Shown in pieces: positions 57,331 to 64,000 of a DNA stretch of 64,000 nt (the first letter of the stretch is position 1; each line of letters starts with the position of its first letter). The DNA lies in assembly GCA_963674785.1 (NCBI GenBank), contig OY771555.1, positions 704,001-768,000 on the forward strand, written 5' to 3'. The stretch is from Caldisericia bacterium (lineage in GTDB: Bacteria; Caldisericota; Caldisericia; JAAYUI01). The notes beneath the pieces are model-generated. The model saw nothing but the letters and a program-made list of their open reading frames with translations. It had not been told where the DNA came from and did not search any database. Both the position numbers and the translations under genes were made by a program.

Positions 57331-60300
57331 ATGAAGAGAGTACTAAGTTTGCTCGTAGCAACAATGATGATTATTGGCATGTTTGCTGGTACATTTATTG
57401 GTGCAGAGTCTGTAAAAGCTGTTGACGATAGCAAGGTTAAAGATGTAACAATGATCGTTGCAAAATTTAACCGTGTTGGATATGACCGCTATGGCAGACC
57501 CCTGAACAATGGTAGAGATACCGAATACGAGGGTGTCATTGTAAATTCATCCACTGGAAGATTCACGGTTGATCCATCTTACACTGGATATCCAACTTAC
57601 GATGCCCTGGATGGAACATTCTTCCCATGGCAAAATGAAGGTGAAGACCTTTGGGGAAGCCCTCAGTACATGATGCCAAATTGCATTGATGCAATCCAGA
57701 ACCCTGGAAGTGGCTCCATAACTGCAGCTGTAAACCAGCAGTCAGATGCTTCATGGGCTGTTCTTCCATATCTCTACGCTGAAGTATATCTTACAGTTAA
57801 GGCAGAGGGCGGAGAAAGTCAGCTTTATGACAAAAGATACATTGTGATGGATGAACTCGGTCAGCTTTGGATAGACCCAGATGGAAGATTCCATGATTGT
57901 AGATATTGGGAACCAGCAAACCCCGAGTCTGTTTATTACAGAAGCTCAACTGTCTACTCTGGTGATGGCTCAATTGACTGGAATGACTGTGACACAAACC
58001 CAAAGATGATTGTTGACCCAAGTGGTGACAACAATACTCAGGGACCATACATCATGAATCCAGCATATAACCCAAATGACATGGAGTATCCTGTTCCAAA
58101 GTATCACGAGAGAGTTCATTACTGGTGGTATGATGAGGAAAAGGAAATCGATAGAGTTTGGCAGCTTGGTATTGCAGACCAGACTGATTATCTCAGAAAA
58201 GATGCAGTTTGTGCTGATGGATATCATTCATCATGGGGTGTTGTTGGTGGACCAAATGGTGTAACTCCAAATGGTTACTACCCAGGAAAGCCAGTTATCT
58301 GGAACACCGTGATCTCCGATGACGACACAATCAGATGGTGCCCAAATGATGCAAACATTCTTGGTAATGACTGGGATGTTGGTCTTGCACTCACAAACTT
58401 CTCTGGTGGTGAGTATCTCATTGACGTCGATGGAAACGGTACATACACATACGGCGAGCCAATCTTCTCTGATATTGATGGCAACCTTATGTTTAATGAT
58501 CTCGACCTCAGACTTACTGCTTGGACAATTGTTTGGGGTGGTCAGTCATTCAACTTCCGCAAAAACACACTCGTTGGTCTCACAGATGAAGACTATCAGT
58601 GGCAACTTGCAAACAACTATGCAATCATAGATCTTTCAACCCTTCCAACCGTAAAACATAGTGCATCTGGCGGAACAAGTTTCTATGACCAGGTTTATGA
58701 TGATGCTGATGGCGATGATATGGTTTCTCTCAATGACATCAGACTTACCCACATCAACGGAAGAGTCACTGGTATGGGAACCACATGTGGTGGATTCTTT
58801 ACTGGCGATGCAATTATCATGCTTGAGACCCTCAAGACAAGCTGTTCATATGAGTATAACATTCATGTAGAATCAGACCTTTGGCAGGTAATGCAGGAAG
58901 ATACATATGAATATGTTGAGATGTATCCTTCAATGACTGCAGCACAGTTTACTTCACCAAATGGTGACATTGTCAGAATGTCTCAGCTTGTAAACAAAGC
59001 AACTGCACTTGATGTCAACGGATCAAATTTCTATGTTCCAACAACAACCTTCTACAATGTTGCTCTCAAGTACAGAGAATATATTGGTCTCCAGCTTTTC
59101 CTCGACAATGGTGTTGACAATAACCGTGCTGAAGGTGGAGATTGCTTCCAGCTTTCACTCTCAGACGATCATACAAACTTTGAGGCTGGCGAGCTCTTCA
59201 TTGGCTGTCAGGACGTCGAAACTGCAATGGACTACGATCTCGACCTCACAGAATTCAACGAAGAGTTCCTTTACTTTGAAACATCCTATGATATGACAAA
59301 CCCACCTGCAGTTCTTGATGGTGTTCAGTATGGTTGTGGTGAGCCTTTCTACAGAGACATCAAAAAGCTTCCACTCAACCCAGCAATCCCATTCCAGCCA
59401 GATCCATTCGATGCTGGATTCAACCCAGGTGTTGTAAACCAGGGCGACCAGAGAATGATTGACATCGAAGTTTATTCAGATGTTGCAACTGGTGATGCCG
59501 GAACAATGATTACATACCCAGCAGGTTCATTTGTTGTTGCTGGTGACCTTGATGTTGGAAGACCAATTATCAAGATGGATCCTGGACTTGCATATTTCGA
59601 CGAATCAAACGGCTGCAACCCTCCAAATGCGAGGTACGATGTTGGCGAACTTATTTATTTTGATCCAGCACTCGCTGCAGGAGCAAGAGCAATCCAGATG
59701 GTTGCATGGGATGATATTGGTCCTCACCCATATGGTATTGAAGACTTTGACCCATCACCATACACAGATCCAGTTTCGGGTCTTCCAGTAAACAGATGGG
59801 ATACCGTTCGTCACGGTGGTAACACTCAGGCCAGACTTTATCCTGGAACCAACAATAACGGTGGTGGTTCATATGGTATGTCTGGATGGATGGGTGGTGT
59901 GGTTCCTGGTGCTGGTATGAACTGGTACTATCACCAAAGAGGTGGACTCAGCAGAAACGCTCCAAACACCTATCCAACAAGACCAGTAATTCACAATGCT
60001 GGTGTCTCTACAAACAACACTTATTGCTATTATGTTTATTATCCATGGGGATATGAGTATGGATATGAGTATTTACGTACATATCATACTCAGTGTGGTG
60101 ACCTCCTTGCTCTTCAGAACGTGAATTTCCTTGGTGACTGGAGACTTAGGATTTGGGAAGACACAGAGTATTACATGTCCTCCCTATATACCTGGTTAGG
60201 ATATGGACCACTCTCATGCGGACCATCCACATACAACGGTAGAAGATATGCGTATGAATATTTTACCAGCAGTCATTCCTCAGCACTTGTTTGGTATAGA

Positions 60301-63300
60301 GGACTTGACAGCGAAGGAAATGATGTTTGTACAAATGCCGGTGGAATTTGGGATAACTATCAGTTTAATTATGATGTAATGTGCAACAACAGAAGTATGT
60401 ATACTTCTTCTTCATACCCAAAAATTATCGGTATGGGTTGTGTATATATGGACCATGTTGGTAATGGTTATGGACAGGAATACTTCCATAGTCCATATGC
60501 CCAGACCACTTATGGATGGAATTCTGGTACAGACATGTCAGCGATGCATTTCCTTAGATGGGAAGGCGCAACTCACCCAGACACTGGTGGACCATACTCA
60601 AGAGCTTATTCAATCGCAATGTTCAACGCGCCTCTTTCAGGCGACCTCATGACGTATGATACTGAACATGAAGTACAAACGACTGTATTTTCTGGATTAT
60701 GGACGATTAACGCGGAATTCTGGCCAGAAGAGATTCAGGTGAACCTCTCAGGTGCACCAAATACATTTGGTTCAATTGGTTTCAACCACGAAACATCAAT
60801 GAACTACTACTCATACTACTATGTTGGTTACGATGCATATTTCGATAATGCAAGAGCTTATCACATCGAGCTTATCCCTTCAGCCGGAGACAGAAGAAGA
60901 CTTCTCCAGGGTGGACATCACATTGGTATGAATGATTATGTCTATAGACTCGATGATGCTGGCGAATACAACACATCATCAGCAACAGCATCAAACCTCA
61001 AACCATTTAGCTACTTCTACCCATGCGGCACAAAACTTGCTGCTGGCGAAATCTATGACGTTAAGTCAAAAGTTTCAATGGTTTCAATGGGCAAATGCGG
61101 AGATCCAAGATTTATGGATATCCCTGTACTTCCAGGTGAAGTTGACCTTAATGTTTCAATCGATGGAGTCCCACAGGATCCAGATGCAAAATGGCATCTT
61201 AAAGTTGAACAGACATCTGACATTCAGGTTTCAGTTGACCCACCACCACAGCCAGGTGAAAAGTATGTTGTCAAGCTCAATGGTGTATATCAGGAAGGAA
61301 TTCCTGCAAAAGAGGCTTATACTGATTACATCCAGACTCGTGAGACAAACACATTCACAGAGTATTGCACAGGACTCGTTCCAGAATACGCAATCGATAA
61401 GGATAGTGACTATAGCGGAACAGGTTGGCTTGACGACACATATGTGACTTCACTCTCACTTCCATTTGACTTCCCACTTTATAATACCGTTTTCCCTGCC
61501 GGAAACCCGCTTTATGTCTCAACAAACGGTTACATCGGTTTCCATGAGTCAAATACTATGGGTAGTATTCCATCCACATACAGTTGGATTGGTTGGTATT
61601 ACAATAATGATTACAGAGACTTCACACTTGTACCGCTTGGAAATGACCAGAACCTCTATTACAGTCCATCTCAGGGTAATGATAACCCAGATCTTCAGAT
61701 ATTCTATTGTCAGCCTTCAGCAGACGAAGTTCGAATCAGATGGCAAACACATGAATATAGTCCAGGTCCATCCGCTGTTTCTCCTCCGACTCTAAACTTT
61801 GCTTGTAGCATTAAGAGTGATGGAACAATCAGGTTCATGTATGGTGATTGTGCAGGCGGATATCAGTATCGTACTGCAGTTTGTGGTATCGCTGGTGATA
61901 TTTCAGGTTCAACAAATCATGATGAGTATCAAGAGGGTTACTATGATGGACTTACAAACCCTGCCTTCGATTACCTTGATGACCTTGTGTTTACAAGATT
62001 TGAGTTCCCAGCAGATCCAGGAAGAGCTGGTGGTGGAACAGTTGATGATAACTATATCATCTCAGAAAACGTTGAAACAGCTCACAGTGATGCAATTGGC
62101 GGTGCAAGATACAAAGTTGTTGAAATCACTCCAGAGGAGAGAGTTCAGCATATAACATACACACCATACAGAGGTTCAGTACAGGAAGACGGTTCCTGTG
62201 ACCCACTCAGAATCGAAGTCTTCCTTGAAAGAGGCGGAGTATCATATCCTGTTCCAGTAGATTCTGTACTTTCTGGTGTAAGAGAAGAAAGACCACTTGA
62301 AGAGTATGAAGATCAGGAAATCGGTCTTTATAATTACAATATCTACGATCCATACTGGGTTGTAAGACCTTGGACAATCAAGATGTACGAGGGTCGCTAT
62401 ATTGGTGATCATACTCCAAGACCAGTTGCCTCAACTTCAGGACTCATCAGCTCAACTTGTGCTCTTGATCATCAGTATGATTGTTATGGCAGATTTGACT
62501 TGATGGTTGAACCTGAGTGGATTGATATTAAGTATGCCGGTACCGGTAATACATGTATTTCACCAGTTGACCAGAGATTCCCAAATCTTATCCTTACAGT
62601 TTGGGATGCAGATAACCCACTTGACGTAAACGATCCAGAGGCTATCCCATTCTCAACCATTGGACTTCAGAGTGGTATCAGAGGCAAGATGGTTGCCAAT
62701 GTCAATGCTCATGGTGCAGGTATCAAATACCTCTGTACCGCACAGAGTCCAGATGATGATACAGCAAAATATATTATTCAGGTCAATGATGATGGTTCCT
62801 ACACATTCTGGAGATGGTATGAGCCAGCAGAAGATAGGCCAGGCGCAGCATGGGGCGCACTTGACCCAACAGACTGGTTATATTCAGGAAGAACCTATTT
62901 CAATGGTATCTATGGTGATATTGGAAGCACATTTACCGCTACAAGACAGCCATGGACTGATACGGATGGATGGCTTCAGGCATTTACCGGAAATGGAAAT
63001 CTAACAACTGAACTTGATGATTATGATTGTTCAATCGATAAAGGCATCTGTGATGTCTGTCATCTTGGCGCTGGATTCCCAAATCTTGGCGATATTACAA
63101 TCGAAGACAGAATGGGAAGATTCAATAACAGCGTCTATGACCGTGAACCTCCATTCTTCCAGGGCTACAGTGGTGCAAGATTCGGAAGAATCGTATCATT
63201 TGGTATCCCAACAATGGTGACAAATTGGGATAACACTTCTGATGGCGGAGAGATTTATATTCCAATTCAGCCAAAAAACACAAGCACAGATCTTCAGATT

Positions 63301-64000
63301 AGAGTTTATCTTGCAAACACAATCTATGACTATAATTCAGTGATTTCTGGTTGGTCATTCGATGTTGATTCTCATCCAACATTCCATCCACCATACTTTG
63401 TCTATGATGATTCACCTGGAATCGACTATTGTGGTACATTCACAGTAGACGTACAGCCAGCTGACATCATGAACTTTGGTGAGTTCAATCTTGTTGACCA
63501 TGCTCTCCAGTTCTCAGAGACCGATTATACCGCAGGAGCGGAACCACTTGCTCCAATGGATAGACCATCACCACAGATCAGACATTGGTACAACCCAATC
63601 TGTGGAAACTACAAAGAAGACATGAGAGCCTATCCAGGTGGACAGTCACATACCGCAAGAGCAGTTGGTTCAGAGCGTGAAGGTGGATTCAATGCTTATC
63701 CAGCAATCAACTCCGAACTCTTTAACAAGCTTGGAACAGAATTCTATCCATTTACAGACTATGGATTCTACTTCACCCTCGTTTCCCCAACTTCAGTTGG
63801 AAATGGAAATGATATTATGAGCTACACTGATTGGGATCAGTACACATTCGACCCATATGGAACAATTGCAAGATCATACCCAGCACTCAACTTCAGACTT
63901 GTCGAATCGATTGAGGTAACTGGACCATTTATGACTCCTGCACATTATTACAGACCAAATATTATTGGTGCAACCTCAAGTAATGCCGGTTACATTGAAG
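57331..64000 (+). CDS. Giant secreted surface protein 3 (>2223 aa, runs off the window; absent from the ORF track)
   Basis: SD AAGGAGAGG, MKRVLSLLVATMMIIGMFAGTFIGAESVKA signal; the same frame gives FFPWQ, NTQGPY, YREYIG, DNPLDVNDP, QVNDDG, YPGGQSH, KLGTEF and TGPFMTP near 63920. Confidence 0.9.
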   Translation, partial: MKRVLSLLVATMMIIGMFAGTFIGAESVKAVDDSKVKDVTMIVAKFNRVGYDRYGRPLNNGRDTEYEGVIVNSSTGRFTVDPSYTGYPTYDALDGTFFPWQNEGEDLWGSPQYMMPNCIDAIQNPGSGSITAAVNQQSDASWAVLPYLYAEVYLTVKAEGGESQLYDKRYIVMDELGQLWIDPDGRFHDCRYWEPANPESVYYRSSTVYSGDGSIDWNDCDTNPKMIVDPSGDNNTQGPYIMNPAYNPNDMEYPVPKYHERVHYWWYDEEKEIDRVWQLGIADQTDYLRKDAVCADGYHSSWGVVGGPNGVTPNGYYPGKPVIWNTVISDDDTIRWCPNDANILGNDWDVGLALTNFSGGEYLIDVDGNGTYTYGEPIFSDIDGNLMFNDLDLRLTAWTIVWGGQSFNFRKNTLVGLTDEDYQWQLANNYAIIDLSTLPTVKHSASGGTSFYDQVYDDADGDDMVSLNDIRLTHINGRVTGMGTTCGGFFTGDAIIMLETLKTSCSYEYNIHVESDLWQVMQEDTYEYVEMYPSMTAAQFTSPNGDIVRMSQLVNKATALDVNGSNFYVPTTTFYNVALKYREYIGLQLFLDNGVDNNRAEGGDCFQLSLSDDHTNFEAGELFIGCQDVETAMDYDLDLTEFNEEFLYFETSYDMTNPPAVLDGVQYGCGEPFYRDIKKLPLNPAIPFQPDPFDAGFNPGVVNQGDQRMIDIEVYSDVATGDAGTMITYPAGSFVVAGDLDVGRPIIKMDPGLAYFDESNGCNPPNARYDVGELIYFDPALAAGARAIQMVAWDDIGPHPYGIEDFDPSPYTDPVSGLPVNRWDTVRHGGNTQARLYPGTNNNGGGSYGMSGWMGGVVPGAGMNWYYHQRGGLSRNAPNTYPTRPVIHNAGVSTNNTYCYYVYYPWGYEYGYEYLRTYHTQCGDLLALQNVNFLGDWRLRIWEDTEYYMSSLYTWLGYGPLSCGPSTYNGRRYAYEYFTSSHSSALVWYRGLDSEGNDVCTNAGGIWDNYQFNYDVMCNNRSMYTSSSYPKIIGMGCVYMDHVGNGYGQEYFHSPYAQTTYGWNSGTDMSAMHFLRWEGATHPDTGGPYSRAYSIAMFNAPLSGDLMTYDTEHEVQTTVFSGLWTINAEFWPEEIQVNLSGAPNTFGSIGFNHETSMNYYSYYYVGYDAYFDNARAYHIELIPSAGDRRRLLQGGHHIGMNDYVYRLDDAGEYNTSSATASNLKPFSYFYPCGTKLAAGEIYDVKSKVSMVSMGKCGDPRFMDIPVLPGEVDLNVSIDGVPQDPDAKWHLKVEQTSDIQVSVDPPPQPGEKYVVKLNGVYQEGIPAKEAYTDYIQTRETNTFTEYCTGLVPEYAIDKDSDYSGTGWLDDTYVTSLSLPFDFPLYNTVFPAGNPLYVSTNGYIGFHESNTMGSIPSTYSWIGWYYNNDYRDFTLVPLGNDQNLYYSPSQGNDNPDLQIFYCQPSADEVRIRWQTHEYSPGPSAVSPPTLNFACSIKSDGTIRFMYGDCAGGYQYRTAVCGIAGDISGSTNHDEYQEGYYDGLTNPAFDYLDDLVFTRFEFPADPGRAGGGTVDDNYIISENVETAHSDAIGGARYKVVEITPEERVQHITYTPYRGSVQEDGSCDPLRIEVFLERGGVSYPVPVDSVLSGVREERPLEEYEDQEIGLYNYNIYDPYWVVRPWTIKMYEGRYIGDHTPRPVASTSGLISSTCALDHQYDCYGRFDLMVEPEWIDIKYAGTGNTCISPVDQRFPNLILTVWDADNPLDVNDPEAIPFSTIGLQSGIRGKMVANVNAHGAGIKYLCTAQSPDDDTAKYIIQVNDDGSYTFWRWYEPAEDRPGAAWGALDPTDWLYSGRTYFNGIYGDIGSTFTATRQPWTDTDGWLQAFTGNGNLTTELDDYDCSIDKGICDVCHLGAGFPNLGDITIEDRMGRFNNSVYDREPPFFQGYSGARFGRIVSFGIPTMVTNWDNTSDGGEIYIPIQPKNTSTDLQIRVYLANTIYDYNSVISGWSFDVDSHPTFHPPYFVYDDSPGIDYCGTFTVDVQPADIMNFGEFNLVDHALQFSETDYTAGAEPLAPMDRPSPQIRHWYNPICGNYKEDMRAYPGGQSHTARAVGSEREGGFNAYPAINSELFNKLGTEFYPFTDYGFYFTLVSPTSVGNGNDIMSYTDWDQYTFDPYGTIARSYPALNFRLVESIEVTGPFMTPAHYYRPNIIGATSSNAGYIE

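Noticed and set aside
36510-63820. Many 60-170 aa ORFs overlapping the giant genes
   Set aside because: Shadow ORFs in alternative frames caused by strong codon bias
36434-64000. Diversity-generating retroelement acting on the giant genes
   Set aside because: No reverse transcriptase and no template/variable repeat pair differing at adenines was seen in the window

Overview
A 64-kb bacterial window. The C-terminal copper-amine-oxidase-N1-like 'stalk' domains and the NHL/Omp28-like exported protein suggest a Caldisericia-like anaerobe (inference only). The left part (1-13.5 kb) holds a MATE/MarR pair, a TetR-ABC-2 exporter operon, an old yellow enzyme, an L,D-transpeptidase, a PLP aminotransferase and a membrane thioredoxin-like protein. 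The middle (13.9-31 kb) is an AT-richer accessory region: one full-length SPFH/prohibitin gene, a Panacea-type toxin-antitoxin pair, then a translationally coupled 13-gene operon of six divergent SPFH paralogs, three mini membrane proteins and four tandem GNAT paralogs. It continues with a frameshifted lipoprotein, a frameshifted small GIY-YIG nuclease embedded in CGTC-type palindromic repeats that recur across the window as ~150-bp units, and a second MATE. Next come a LipS1/LipS2-type radical SAM gene with a LipT-like FAD reductase and an exported NHL/thioredoxin-like protein. The right 28 kb is a tandem of three giant paralogous secreted proteins (3293 aa, ~3524 aa, and >2223 aa running off the window and missed by the ORF track). 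They follow a consensus sigma-54 promoter and a ~250-nt structured leader, and share a conserved scaffold into which different accessory domains, some nested, are inserted at equivalent sites. No rRNA, tRNA or CRISPR array was seen. All family assignments are from motif recognition, without database searches.
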